Shown one piece after another: positions 45,207 to 55,967 of a stretch of DNA of 64,000 nucleotides. The notes beneath the pieces are model-generated. The model ran no database searches. It had not been told where the DNA came from and saw nothing but the letters and a program-made list of their open reading frames with translations. Within the stretch, counting starts at the first letter, position 1; each line of letters starts with the position of its first letter. The stretch is from Sumerlaeia bacterium (GTDB taxonomy: Bacteria; Sumerlaeota; Sumerlaeia; SLMS01; JAHLLQ01): positions 256,001 to 320,000 of the forward strand of contig JAVJSW010000068.1 of assembly GCA_040219255.1 (NCBI GenBank), read 5' to 3'. The translations under genes and the position numbers were made by a program.

Positions 45207-47018
45207 TTGGCTGAATTCACCCAAGATCGCATCCGCAACTTTTCCATCATCGCACACATCGACCACGGCAAATCGACGCTGGCCGACCGCCTGCTGGAAA
45301 TGACCGGCACCCTGACTCAGCGCGAGATGCGCGCCCAGGTGCTGGACTCGATGGACCTGGAACGCGAGCGCGGCATCACCATCAAGGCCCAGGCCGTCCG
45401 CCTCTTCCACAAGGCGCCCGACGGTGTGATCTATCAGCTCAACCTGATCGATACCCCCGGCCACGTGGACTTCACCTACGAGGTGTCCCGCTCGCTCGCC
45501 GCCTGCGAGGGCGCCGTCCTCGTGGTCGATGCGGCCCAAGGCGTCGAGGCCCAGACCCTCGCCAATGTGTACCTGGCCCTGGAAAACGACCTGGAGATCG
45601 TTCCGGTCATCAACAAGATCGATCTGCCGAACGCCAACATCCCCGCCGCCAAAGCCGAGATCCGCGACGCGGTGGGCCTGAACCCGGACGACGCGATCCC
45701 CATCAGCGCCAAGACGGGCGAGAACTGCAAGGCGCTCCTCGACACGATCGTCGCGAAAATTCCGCCGCCCATCGGCAAACCGGACGAGCCCCTGCGCGCT
45801 CTGATTTTCGACTCGATTTACGATGCCTATCGCGGCGTCGTGTGCTATGTGCGCATCGTCGATGGCTCGATGCGCGCCGGCGAAAAGATCCGCTTCATGC
45901 GCGAAGGCCGCGATTACGACGTCAGCGAAGTCGGCGTCCTCACCCCGGCCCAGGTCAAAGTCGAAGAACTGTCCTGTGGCGAGGTGGGATTCTTCACCGC
46001 CGCCATCAAGAACATCCGCGACGTTCGCGTCGGCGACACCATCACCAGCGCCCGCAAACCCGCCACCAAGGCCCTGCCCGGCTACAAGGAAGCGCGTCCA
46101 GTGGTTTTCGCCGGCATCTATCCCGCCGCCAGCGACGATTACGACGATCTGAAGGACGCGCTGGAAAAGCTCCAGCTCAACGACGGCTCGGTCCACGTCG
46201 AGCCCGAAGTCAGCGAGGCCCTCGGTTTCGGCTTCCGCGCCGGATTCCTCGGGCTTCTGCACATGGAAATCATCCAGGAACGGCTCGAGCGCGAGCACGA
46301 CCTCGACCTCGTCTTCACCGCGCCATCGGTGAACTATCGCGTCACCAAAACGAACGGCGAAACCTCCTTTATCGAAAACCCCGCCAAGCTGCCCTCGGCC
46401 CAGGAAATCGACGTGTTCGAGGAACCGATGGTGATTCTGAACATTTATTTCCCGCCCAGCTATATGGGCAACGTGATGAAGTTGGCGACGTCGAAAAAAG
46501 GCCTGCAAAAAGAAATGGTCTATATCAATCCCGAGCGCGTGAAGCTGACCTACGACATGCCGTTGGCGGAAATCGTGACGGACTTTCACGACCGGCTCAA
46601 GGCCGCGACCTCCGGCTACGCCAGCTTCGATTACGACATGGCGGGTTACGCGCCGCAAAACCTGGTGAAAATGAACATCCTGATCAACGGCGAACCGGTG
46701 GACGCGCTGTCGGTGATCGTGCGGCGCGACGATTCCGCCCACAAGGGGCGCCAGCTCTGCGCCAAGCTCAAGGAAATCGTGCCGCGCCAGATGTACGCGG
46801 TGGCCATCCAGGCCGCTATCGGAGGCAAAATCGTCGCCCGCGAAACCGTCTCGGCCATGCGCAAAGACGTCACCGCCAAGTGCTACGGCGGCGATATCTC
46901 ACGTAAACGCAAGCTCCTCGAAAAGCAGAAAGAGGGCAAGAAGCGCATGAAGCAATTCGGCACCATCGAAATCCCCCAGGAGGCGTTCCTGGCGGTGCTG
47001 AAGCTGGATCAGGATTGA
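45207..47018 (+). CDS. lepA: Translation elongation factor 4
   Basis: [43 protein letters not shown]; TTG start after GAGGT. Confidence 0.97.
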   Translation: MAEFTQDRIRNFSIIAHIDHGKSTLADRLLEMTGTLTQREMRAQVLDSMDLERERGITIKAQAVRLFHKAPDGVIYQLNLIDTPGHVDFTYEVSRSLAACEGAVLVVDAAQGVEAQTLANVYLALENDLEIVPVINKIDLPNANIPAAKAEIRDAVGLNPDDAIPISAKTGENCKALLDTIVAKIPPPIGKPDEPLRALIFDSIYDAYRGVVCYVRIVDGSMRAGEKIRFMREGRDYDVSEVGVLTPAQVKVEELSCGEVGFFTAAIKNIRDVRVGDTITSARKPATKALPGYKEARPVVFAGIYPAASDDYDDLKDALEKLQLNDGSVHVEPEVSEALGFGFRAGFLGLLHMEIIQERLEREHDLDLVFTAPSVNYRVTKTNGETSFIENPAKLPSAQEIDVFEEPMVILNIYFPPSYMGNVMKLATSKKGLQKEMVYINPERVKLTYDMPLAEIVTDFHDRLKAATSGYASFDYDMAGYAPQNLVKMNILINGEPVDALSVIVRRDDSAHKGRQLCAKLKEIVPRQMYAVAIQAAIGGKIVARETVSAMRKDVTAKCYGGDISRKRKLLEKQKEGKKRMKQFGTIEIPQEAFLAVLKLDQD

Positions 47019-47182
47019 TGCGAAATGAGACAGTTCTGTGGGGATTGTTTGGTCTGATTCTTCTTGTTGGAGTTTCCGTCACTGGTTTGGCAGTCAGTGC
47101 GGAAGGGCGCATCGTTCCCGTGGCGATTCTCGCATGGCTGCTTCTATCTGCCGTAGTATTTATAGTCAATAGAGTCCGATAA
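47018..47182 (+). CDS. 54-aa two-TM small membrane protein (not in ORF track)
   Basis: TGATG stop/start overlap with lepA; [54 protein letters not shown]. Confidence 0.6.
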   Translation: MRNETVLWGLFGLILLVGVSVTGLAVSAEGRIVPVAILAWLLLSAVVFIVNRVR

Positions 47183-47186
47183 GAAG

Positions 47187-47222
47187 GCGGGAACAGGCGC
47201 GTGCCCTGCGCCCGTTCCCGCG
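47187..47222. terminator. Hairpin between convergent genes
   Basis: GCGGGAAC-A-GGCGC/GCGCC-C-GTTCCCGC inverted repeat. Confidence 0.5.
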
Positions 47223-47230
47223 CGCGGCAT

Positions 47231-49723
47231 TCAAAACACCGCCCACCCCTCGACCCGCGATGCCGCGTCTTTGCGGTAGATCGACACGTCGTTGAAGAAC
47301 ACGTCGTAGGCCGCTCCCGTGCCGGCGTTGAAGTTGAAGAGCCGCAGGGTCTCGATGTCCAGCGACCCGCTGACCGGCGCGAGAGAGCCGGTCAGGGTGA
47401 TGGTGGCGCTTTCCTCGCCAAAGGGCACCACCCGCAGGCTGTAGGCGGTGGGGGCGGTGAGGGTGAATTCGATGTCGAGGCCCGCCGTGGTGAAGGGCAG
47501 GGCGGTCATGCGCTCGCCGAGGGAATCCTGAACGAAGTACTGGCCTTCGCCGCCTCGGAAGTAGAATTCGAACAGGTTCTCGCCCGAGGCGTTGCGCAGC
47601 CCAAAGCCCGCCGAACCGCCGGTGTTCATGTACCCGTTGTCCATGTGCAGGCGCAGCGATTGACCCGTGTCGAGCGGCGTGAAGGAGCGGCTGGCCTCCA
47701 TCACGGTGGCGGTCGATTGATTGTAGAGGCCCCAGGCCCGGCCGCCGGTGTCGATGTCGCGGTCGGCTTCGGCGGCGGCGGGGCCGTTGCTGGCCGAGGA
47801 GCCGATGAAGGCGCCGCTGGTGGGCGAGGCGCCGGTGATCTGCCAATCGCCCGCCCAGCCCGCGCCGCCCGACGGACCGCCCGCCCAGCCACCGCCATAG
47901 GCCGCGTCCTCCGCCGAATCGGCGGTCGTGAGGGCCAAATCCTGAGGCACGACGATCACGGTTCCAAAGGTCTGCAACTGCGGAATCGTGCATTCAATCA
48001 CGCCGGGGCTGGTTTCCGTCCAGTTGATCGGCCGGGGAAAGACCGTCGCCGCGTCGTCCGGCGAGCCATAGAGCACGTCCTCGGGCACGAGGCCATTGGG
48101 CAGCGTCAGCGTCACCACGAGGTTCGTCAGCGTCGAAGGCGCAGCGGTCGTCGTGGTCCATTCCGAGGCGCCATCCAGATGGAGCAGCGTCCACGCGGCG
48201 CCGCCTTCGGCCGTGCGATAGGAATGGGCCAGGGTTCCGGCGATGGCCAGATCGGTCTCGCGCGGTTGCACACCGGGCCCGTGGTTGATGCGGTAGAGGG
48301 CGGCATCGTGGCCGTTGTATTGGCGGATGGTGGCGAAGTTCGCGGCGCTCTGGACCTGGGCGTCGGGATAGAACAGCGAGTTCAGGCCGCGGATTTCGCC
48401 GGTGTCTTCCTTGGGCTCGCCGGCCACCATGAAACTGCCGCCGCCATAGAGATGCGCGCCCATCAGGAGGCGCAGGTTCGCATTGGGCCATGACGTTTGC
48501 GAGGGATTCATGTCGGCAGGATAGCACTTCGACACGAACCGCTTGCCCGATTCCGCCACGCGGTTGGCCACCATGGCGGCCACCTGATCGTAGCGCGGCT
48601 TGTGGAAGTCCCAGTTCTCGACGAACAGGAAATCGCTGACGTCATAGAACTGCTCGATGCCTTCCTCGGCGATGTTGTTCAGCGTGGTCAAGCCGCCGGG
48701 CCGTTCTTCCTGAACGAGGGCCTGCACATCGCTGGTCAGTTTCGCCAGCATCGTGGACATGGGGGTGCCGTTGAAACTGCTGCCGGGCGAATAGTAGGGC
48801 TCGTTCCAGCCGTAAGTGTCCAATTCATAGCCATCGAAGGTCACCATGCCGGAGCCGTCCAGGCTGGTCCGCAGTTCATTCATCAGGTGCGTGTTCCACG
48901 CCGTGTCCGGCGCGAAGGCCGTCAGGTAATACCACACCCCGCCCAGGTCCGCCTCGCGCCCCACATTGCCATTATAGAACGCGATGTTGTCGCCTCCCGC
49001 GTTCGTCAGGTGGCCGTTGGGGAAAGCGCTCAGCACCGGCGGATCGGCAGCGTAGGCTGCCGTGTAGGCGATCGCCAGGATGTTCTTGGCGCGGGCTTCG
49101 GAGATCTTGTTCTGGATGTCGCCCACCTCGATGTGGAAGCCGAACGGCGGCTGGGTGTAGGACGCGCTGTCAGGCGTGTAATCGCCGTGCGCGGGAAACC
49201 AGTCGTAGTACTCGATGGCGTTCAGGTAACAGTCGGTCAGCAGGTCCGTCTTGGCCGTGTAATTCCCGCCGACGCTGCCGAACAGCGTGTAGAACCCGTA
49301 GCGCACATCGTCCGCCGTGTCCGCCACGACGGAGTAGATGCGCTCTTCCTCGTCGAGCTTCAGGGCGCTGTCGTAGAGTTCGACCTCCAGAAGGTGCCCG
49401 CCCTCGGGCAGGCCGGCGGGGAAATCGAAGTTCGTGTACTCGCCGGCCGGGGCGCGGGTTTCATCGGACAGCACCTCGCCATCCAGCCCCGTCACCCGGG
49501 CCCTCAACGTGTCGTTTCCGTCCAGGCTGCCGGAATTTTGCACCCGCACCGTAATGCGCCCCGTTTCATCGGGGCGGGCCGCCACCTGCCAGAGGAAAAC
49601 GCGGTCGATGGCGGGAATCTGGGCCTGGGCATCCGGGGTCAGAAGGGCACCGGCGAGGCCGGCCACCGCATAGGCGGCGGCGCGAAGGGGTCGTTGAATG
49701 GGGCGAATACCGAAGGGGCGCAT
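47231..49723 (-). CDS. Glycoside hydrolase family 66 (dextranase/CITase-like), secreted, with C-terminal beta-sandwich
   Basis: RYGF, N.IEYYDW..H, AYTAAYA, FDGYELDTYG motifs; signal peptide; ends SRVEGWAVF. Confidence 0.75.
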   Translation of the reverse strand: MRPFGIRPIQRPLRAAAYAVAGLAGALLTPDAQAQIPAIDRVFLWQVAARPDETGRITVRVQNSGSLDGNDTLRARVTGLDGEVLSDETRAPAGEYTNFDFPAGLPEGGHLLEVELYDSALKLDEEERIYSVVADTADDVRYGFYTLFGSVGGNYTAKTDLLTDCYLNAIEYYDWFPAHGDYTPDSASYTQPPFGFHIEVGDIQNKISEARAKNILAIAYTAAYAADPPVLSAFPNGHLTNAGGDNIAFYNGNVGREADLGGVWYYLTAFAPDTAWNTHLMNELRTSLDGSGMVTFDGYELDTYGWNEPYYSPGSSFNGTPMSTMLAKLTSDVQALVQEERPGGLTTLNNIAEEGIEQFYDVSDFLFVENWDFHKPRYDQVAAMVANRVAESGKRFVSKCYPADMNPSQTSWPNANLRLLMGAHLYGGGSFMVAGEPKEDTGEIRGLNSLFYPDAQVQSAANFATIRQYNGHDAALYRINHGPGVQPRETDLAIAGTLAHSYRTAEGGAAWTLLHLDGASEWTTTTAAPSTLTNLVVTLTLPNGLVPEDVLYGSPDDAATVFPRPINWTETSPGVIECTIPQLQTFGTVIVVPQDLALTTADSAEDAAYGGGWAGGPSGGAGWAGDWQITGASPTSGAFIGSSASNGPAAAEADRDIDTGGRAWGLYNQSTATVMEASRSFTPLDTGQSLRLHMDNGYMNTGGSAGFGLRNASGENLFEFYFRGGEGQYFVQDSLGERMTALPFTTAGLDIEFTLTAPTAYSLRVVPFGEESATITLTGSLAPVSGSLDIETLRLFNFNAGTGAAYDVFFNDVSIYRKDAASRVEGWAVF

Positions 49724-49925
49724 CGGGGGGGGGGTCCTTGTCAAAACGCTTACACACAGTCGCCGCTCGCAATTCAGCCCGGTCGATCCCCGGCGGGACC
49801 CTCGTGTTTGGCCAAGACCCTTGTCATGAAGGCTTGAACGAGCGGAAAGGCGCCGACTGTTGGACCGATGGAATAGAAGGGGGAGCCAGGACGGTCAAGA
49901 GTAAAAGCGCTTTTGCACTCTGAAA

Positions 49926-50251
49926 CCGCGATCCTTCACCACAGAGGGCACGGAGGACAGAGGTTCCACAGAGATCATTTGAAAGATGTGCTCAGGAAAG
50001 TGAGCTGTCTGCGCCAAGTCGAAGGAAAGAAGAAATCTGCGAATGAATCCCAAATCCGAATACTTGCCAGACCCAACCAAAGTCGCGGCAATTCTGGCAA
50101 TTTCCTGCATGGATAGTCACGTTTCAAAGAATCGGCCGCCGTTTTCCAGTCATCCAGCCAGAAACCGAGGCCTGCCGGTGGTTCCGACTAACTTCAAAAG
50201 CGCCAACCAACTCTGCGTTCTCCGCGTCTCATCGGTGATTTCTTGAAGGAT
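49926..50251. mobile_element. ~320-bp MITE-like element family B, copy 2
   Basis: Perfect ATCCTTCA/TGAAGGAT terminal inverted repeat; homologous to 21251-21569. Confidence 0.65.
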
Positions 50252-50371
50252 TAAGGCCCTGGACAAGGACCCGAAAGGAGTTTGTAAGTATACGTTCGTT
50301 CTTTTTCTCTTGCCGCCATCCCGCCCCTTCGCCACCTATCCCTCATCCTCTCGAACAAAGGGTGTCGTCCC

Positions 50372-52288
50372 ATGGGGTTCTTCCGTCTTCTCTTTCTGGC
50401 CACTCTGCTGCTCGCGGCCGGCTGTTCGTCGCACTACATGAAGAGCACGCCGTTGTGGGACGATGATTATCCGGTGGCGAAGGGGCCAGCGGGCGACCGG
50501 GTGAATCTGTGGCCCCTGGCCTACTATCGCGACCCCGCTCTGTCGGTGCTGTGGCCGTTGGTGACCGTGTCGGACGAGGGCCACAGCTTCTATCCGTTCT
50601 ACGAATACCGCGTCGATACGGAGCGGCTGGCGTTGGGCGTGCTCCATCCGGCGCTGCCGGGCCTGGCGGTGATGGACGGGAGCAAGGGCTACTGGCGCGT
50701 CCTGACCGTGGCGCGCAGCATCCCCGGCGACTACCTGATCGCGGCGCCGCTGTGGTTTCAGTTCAAGGAGTTCCTGTGGACGCCGCTGATGGCGATGAGC
50801 CGCGGCGAGGCGGAGCCATTCTTTGGGGTCCTTGGGCCGTTGCTTTTCTATCGAGAGCACAACGGCTCAAAGATGGTTTACGCCCCGTGGCCGTTGGTGG
50901 GGGTCTGGTGGAACGATTCGGTGGGAGGTCAGTTGTTTCCGCTCTTCTACCACAATCGAACGCGGGAGATGAATGGCACGAACATTGGAATTTTTCTCTT
51001 TCACACCGAGAGATACGATGACCGGTCTTTCACTTCTTATCTGATGCCCTTGGGAGCATTTGGGCACAAAGAAGAGAAGACGTGGAACCAGTTTTTTCCT
51101 CTTTGGATTTATCGATCGACCGAAGATGGCCCGCTGCTGTGGGCGATGTTTCCTTTCTTTCATCGGATTCAAAGAGACAGCCTGAAAGGTCTCGGGATCT
51201 ATCCGCTCTTTGGCCGATATGTCTGGCCAGATAAGAACAAGAGCCTGACGCTCTCCCTGCCGTGGGTGGAGTCCCGGGCCGAAGGTCATCGCTTCCGGGC
51301 CATCCCGCTGCTGCTCTCGGGCCGATTCGAATGGCGCGGCGGCTCCTACACATCTGGCGTTTTTCCCCTGTCCCATTTCTACAAAGACGAAGATTTTGAA
51401 CTGCAATCGGTCGTTCCACTTTTCCTGCGTGCCAAATCCACGGAAGAGGATGACGAGGAAGGCGTTGCGAATCAGATGTTTCTCACGCCGTTCCTGAGCT
51501 GGGGCGACGATTTGATGGGCGGATCGGATTACCGGAATGGCATGGGACGGTTCTACAATTTGGGGGATCTCCTGTTCCATCACTTCTGTCGCGACGACAT
51601 GAAGCAGACCGCTCTTCTGCTTCCCTTTTTCGGCACGACCTGGAAAAAGGACGAAGGCCGCAGCACGCATCTTTTTCCGCTCTTCTGGACGTCTTCGATG
51701 GATGATAACGCCAACCGAGGCGGCATTCTGCTTTCACTTCTGGGCAAATGGCACATTTCGAACAATGCAGCATACGAAAACCGCGCTCTTCTCGAGCAAC
51801 ATTTCACCGCCCTGGCCGACGACGAAACGTCCGGTTCCCCAATCGCCATCGACAACCCCATCGTGAACGCCCGGTGGCGCGGGCCGCTGGGGCTGATCGG
51901 GCGCAAGGACCAATGGATGTGGCGGGGCGAGCCCTCGCGCCCGGCGGAGGACGCCCTTCAGCGCGAGCGCTCGGCCTGGGTCACGCCCTTCTGGTTCAGC
52001 GAATCCGACGGCCACGGCGCGGCGAAACGCTTTCTCCTCGGCCGCCTCTACGACGAAAAAACCGTTCCGGAGGCGGGCGAAAACGGCGAAACGTACACGC
52101 GCCAGCGGGTGCTCTGGCGCCTCTGGCATCGGGAACGGTTCGGCCAGCAGGTCAGTGTCGATGCCTTTCCCTTCATCACTTACGATCAGGATCCCGCCAA
52201 CGCGTCTTGGGATTTCGCCGGCGGCCTGTTGGGATACGAACGCATTGGCGCCCGCAAACGGAGCAAGCTGCTCTGGATGCGGTTCTAA
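50372..52288 (+). CDS. Hypothetical lipoprotein with repeated aromatic (L/F)(F/W)P(L/F) motifs
   Basis: LLAAGC lipobox-like signal; many LWPL/LFPLF repeats. Confidence 0.75.
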   Translation: MGFFRLLFLATLLLAAGCSSHYMKSTPLWDDDYPVAKGPAGDRVNLWPLAYYRDPALSVLWPLVTVSDEGHSFYPFYEYRVDTERLALGVLHPALPGLAVMDGSKGYWRVLTVARSIPGDYLIAAPLWFQFKEFLWTPLMAMSRGEAEPFFGVLGPLLFYREHNGSKMVYAPWPLVGVWWNDSVGGQLFPLFYHNRTREMNGTNIGIFLFHTERYDDRSFTSYLMPLGAFGHKEEKTWNQFFPLWIYRSTEDGPLLWAMFPFFHRIQRDSLKGLGIYPLFGRYVWPDKNKSLTLSLPWVESRAEGHRFRAIPLLLSGRFEWRGGSYTSGVFPLSHFYKDEDFELQSVVPLFLRAKSTEEDDEEGVANQMFLTPFLSWGDDLMGGSDYRNGMGRFYNLGDLLFHHFCRDDMKQTALLLPFFGTTWKKDEGRSTHLFPLFWTSSMDDNANRGGILLSLLGKWHISNNAAYENRALLEQHFTALADDETSGSPIAIDNPIVNARWRGPLGLIGRKDQWMWRGEPSRPAEDALQRERSAWVTPFWFSESDGHGAAKRFLLGRLYDEKTVPEAGENGETYTRQRVLWRLWHRERFGQQVSVDAFPFITYDQDPANASWDFAGGLLGYERIGARKRSKLLWMRF

Positions 52289-52626
52289 TCCTGCGCCTCC
52301 AACTCCTCCATCAAGTCCTCCATCTCGGGCAGAAGATCCTGCCCCGAACCCTCGGGCGCCAGGGCGGCGCGCTCCATGCCTTGCCGCAGGATGATTTTGG
52401 CAGCGTCCGTTTCGCCTTGGCGCTCCAGGACTTGCGCGCGCAGATAGTACGCCGCGATGTGATCCGGCGAGGCCCCGATGACGAAGTGCAGATGCGTTTC
52501 CGCCTCGGCGATGGCCTCGGGCGAGCCGTCTTCTTCCAGGAGTTTTTGCGCCAGGGAAAACCGCGGCACGGGATCGCTCTCGTCGAGAGCCACCAGTTTG
52601 CGGATCGTTTCGATGTCGATAGCCAT
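52285..52626 (-). CDS. Small TPR protein
   Basis: DPV.RFSLA, PDHIAAYY..AQVL helical repeat pattern. Confidence 0.75.
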   Translation of the reverse strand: MAIDIETIRKLVALDESDPVPRFSLAQKLLEEDGSPEAIAEAETHLHFVIGASPDHIAAYYLRAQVLERQGETDAAKIILRQGMERAALAPEGSGQDLLPEMEDLMEELEAQD

Positions 52627-52780
52627 GGGCGGCGGTCTCCTTGGGGCGGCGGGGATTTCCGGCGCAAGGCCGGTTGGACTCAGTCTCGGGGCGGAGGCGA
52701 GGGAGGCAAGTCAAAGCGCGAGGGGTGATGGGTTTCCGAGAAACTCTCCGCCGGGGGCACGAGGACGCGGAGATTTGGCA

Positions 52781-53053
52781 TCAGGCGATTTTCTCGGCCC
52801 GCATGCGTTCTGTGGCGCGGCGGGCCCGGCGTTTCAGATCTTCCGGCAAACTCAAGCAGTTGCAATCCTCCACGGCGCCGATCAAAGCGTAGGCGGCCAT
52901 GGCATGGATGCGGTCGGGGAAGGCGGCCGTCCAGATTTCATAAGCGACCTCCCACCCCATTCGGCGGAGTTCCTCGAGCGAACCGATGCCCACCGCTTCC
53001 AGTTCGGCGGCGCATTTCGGGCCGATGTTGCGCGCTTTTTCCAGGGGCGTCAT
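52781..53053 (-). CDS. TfoX/Sxy C-terminal domain protein
   Basis: RNIGP...L..VGI...EEL..G, YAL.GAV motifs; start MTPLEK. Confidence 0.8.
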   Translation of the reverse strand: MTPLEKARNIGPKCAAELEAVGIGSLEELRRMGWEVAYEIWTAAFPDRIHAMAAYALIGAVEDCNCLSLPEDLKRRARRATERMRAEKIA

Positions 53054-53086
53054 GAGGTCGGACCTCCAAGTGAGTGATGCGAAACT

Positions 53087-53302
53087 TTGGCGAATATCAG
53101 GCCACTTTGTCAAGACCCAATCGGCGGAATCTCGGAGGATTTCAGCCCCGGGCCCTGGACGGGATGGAACGTGTTCGCCTTCGACGCCGAAACGGGAGAG
53201 GTCAGCGACTTCGCGTGGTTCGGCGAGGACGGCCGCCTGGCCCGAGACTTCGGCAGGGAACCGATGGCGGTGTACCGGCTGCGGGATGGGGCGGGGCGTT
53301 GA
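53087..53302 (+). pseudogene. Possible 3' gene remnant
   Basis: Coding-like tail WNVFAFDAETGEVSDFAWFGEDG... without a convincing start. Confidence 0.3.
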
Positions 53303-53354
53303 GGGCGACGGGTTGAGGTTCATGGCGCGGGGTCTCCTTCGCGGTGGGGGCGAT

Positions 53355-53655
53355 GGAGAGAGCGTCGCACAGGGCGGTCGGTTTGTCCCCTCATGTGGCG
53401 CAAGAGAGACAAGATAGACAAGAAAGACGAAAGAGACGAATGGAGCTTGGGTGAGGAGGGTAGCAGGCGGGGATGGGGAATTCACCGCAGAGATGCGGGG
53501 GACGCGGAGGTTGGGGCGGGAGGAGGAGTTTGTAAGCGTGGATCGGGGCGGGATGGACGCGGATTGGGTGCGAGCGGAGCGGGGACCGGGGAAGACACGG
53601 GGATAACGGGAAGGGGAAATGGCCACGGATGGGGACGGATCGGGAATCGGATGAG
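53355..53655. repeat. Cluster of degenerate 9-nt-period repeats, including family A copy 4 on the minus strand
   Basis: Reverse family A at 53355-53440, then TTCACCGCAGAGATGCGGGGGACGCGGAG and CCACGGATGGGGACGGAT-type units. Confidence 0.7.
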
Positions 53656-53660
53656 GGCCA

Positions 53661-54395
53661 GAGGCGCGGGGCCTGGCGCGGGCCACGATCCGGCGCAAAC
53701 TGTCCGCTCTGGCGTCGCTTTTCGACCACCTTTGCGAGTGCAACGCCGTCGCCGGCAACCCGGTGGATGGCGTCAAGCGCCCCCGCAGCGAGTCGCGCGA
53801 AGGCAAAACCCCGGCGCTGGGCGACGATCAGGCGCGGGCGCTGCTGGCGGCGCCCCGGGGCGATTCGCTCAAGGCCAAGCGGGACCGGGCGATTTTGTCG
53901 ATGCTGCTCTATCACGGCTTGCGGCGCGAGGAGATGTGCCGCCTGCGGGTCGCCGACATCGAAGCGCGCCGCGGCGTGGCGCATTTGCGGGTGTTCGGCA
54001 AGGGGGCGAAGGTGCGCTATGTGCCGCTTCATCCGGCGACGGGGCGGCTGGTGCACGAGTACCTGGAGGCGGCTGGGCACGAGGATGACACCAGCGGGGC
54101 GCTGTTCCGGCCTGTGGTCAACAACGCAACGCCGGACGGCCTGGCGCGGGGGCTCGATCCGGGCAGCGTTCACCGCGAAATCGTCGCGCGTTACTGCCGC
54201 GAGGCGGGCATCGCCGCCTCAGGCATCGGCCCTCACGCCCTGCGGGCGACGGCCGCGACGAACGCCCTCGACCACGGCGCCGACATCGCCCGGGTGCAGG
54301 CGTGGCTCGGGCATGCGGATATCTCGACCACCAAAATGTATGATCGGCGCGGGGAGAGGCCGGAGGAGAGTCCGACGTTTCGGGTGGAGTATTGA
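53661..54395 (+). pseudogene. 5'-truncated tyrosine recombinase/integrase
   Basis: Frame reads EARGLARATIRRKLSALASLF before the listed start, with an in-frame TGA at 53652; catalytic GLR, K, HALR, LGH, Y retained. Confidence 0.8.
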
Positions 54396-54742
54396 GGAGG
54401 GGAGGACTTCAGCCCAATGCCGGGAGAGCTGAGAGGTTTGATCCGGGAGTATCATCGGGAAGCGGCGTAAAATGTTTCCTTCTTACGAGTGCTGGAATTG
54501 AGGCACAAGCATACTAATCGCCTTTCAGCATTTTTCTTTCTGAGTGAGCAATTGTGGAGATTGTCCAGTCAGAGAGAAAAAAAACCTCTACCACTTAACC
54601 ACTACATACATTGCTTGCGATCGCTTTCGACTTGGCTTGCCTCGCCACCCAATATGAGATTCCGGCAATTACTGCGTAGGCCTACAAGCTGGACTCACTA
54701 GGTTTTTCCTCCGCACCACCGGACTGTCATATCCCGACAGGA

Positions 54743-55093
54743 CTACGTTCTGTATATAAAAATTTTTTTGCATTCGTTTTCTGAAGAAAATTCCAAAACA
54801 AAAATAGCCAAATCGATTTCATATACATAAGCAATATGATCAACTTCAATTTCCACATCAAAAAAATCACTTTTCCATTTTTGCCCCGACTCAACAAGGA
54901 AATCCGGTTCCCCATTGGCTCGCAGACATTCTTCCATACTCATTCCTATAGATACATTTGCGACGAATTCCAGCTCCTTTTGAAGCCATATTGCTTGGGA
55001 TCCACTCAAATACAGTGTCAGTACAATATTGGCGATACACCCAAGGGATAAAATAATGACTGCTGTAAAAAGAGCAAGTTGAGATTTCTTCAT
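54743..55093 (-). CDS. Putative membrane-anchored immunity protein (BamE/BLIP-like)
   Basis: AT-rich, directly after the Rhs toxin; N-terminal TM; IGMS.EEC...GEPD motif. Confidence 0.55.
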   Translation of the reverse strand: MKKSQLALFTAVIILSLGCIANIVLTLYLSGSQAIWLQKELEFVANVSIGMSMEECLRANGEPDFLVESGQKWKSDFFDVEIEVDHIAYVYEIDLAIFVLEFSSENECKKIFIYRT

Positions 55094-55133
55094 GGAATTT
55101 ACCTTCAAGAATTATCAGAAATCAAGGAACACT

Positions 55134-55967
55134 TTAATCGATCAACTCATAGTATCCATACGTCTCAAGTCTCTTCACCTCATTAGGGAAAGAAAAATAG
55201 TGAACGGAGCCATCGGTTGCACCAAAAATCGAAGCAGGAGAAGTCTCTATGGAACCAAGTCCCCATAGAATTCCGTCCCCTTTTATCCACTCAACGTAAC
55301 TTACTTCACGCTCGTCTTCTACCAACCTAAAGTTCGCCGAAGGAACGTCTAGCAAAACTATCCAAACAGATTTATTCTCCTTGCCATTATTATATTTTAT
55401 AGCTCTACCCACTTCCTTCCAAACATCGCCGTATTTAGCGTCGATTCTTGGACAGAGGACAGAGATTGACGGCAACTTAGGAGGAGATTTGGGGCCCCAT
55501 TTGGTATCACACCAAGACCCGCATGGAAGGGCTTTGGGACAGTCGACTCCATCAAGAGCAGCGGCGGTATCTTCTACTGCATCATTAAAACCTGTTCCAG
55601 CCTCATGAACTATTTGCCCCATGATCGCAGCGGATGATCCAAAGCAATTTCTTAGTGCACAAGCCAAGAAACAATGAACCCATTTGTCGTCTCGTCCTCT
55701 TTCTCTGCCCTTCTTGTTTGCCCATCTCTTCCAATAGCTGGGAGAGAAACGGTTGAGGCTTATACATGGAGACCATAAGTTGCCTGTGGGGTCTGCGCGA
55801 AGAATTGGTTCATGTTCTGCGAAGGAGTAGGCATCCTCAATGTATGCTGGATACGGCGCCTCCGACAAAAACACCCCAATCTTCCCATTGTACCACCTCT
55901 GATACATATAAACCAACCCCACATCCCCATCGAACTCCTTGGTGAAGGACCCCCTGAAATGAACCAC
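55134..55967 (-). pseudogene. Rhs repeat-associated core plus C-terminal toxin domain (orphan/split)
   Basis: TKEFDGDVGLVYMYQRWY..IGVFLS, P...DPTG cleavage motif followed by a variable AT-rich CT. Confidence 0.8.

Noticed and set aside
54489-54701. 70-aa + strand ORF in the AT-rich segment
   Set aside because: No RBS or motif; likely non-coding or a remnant
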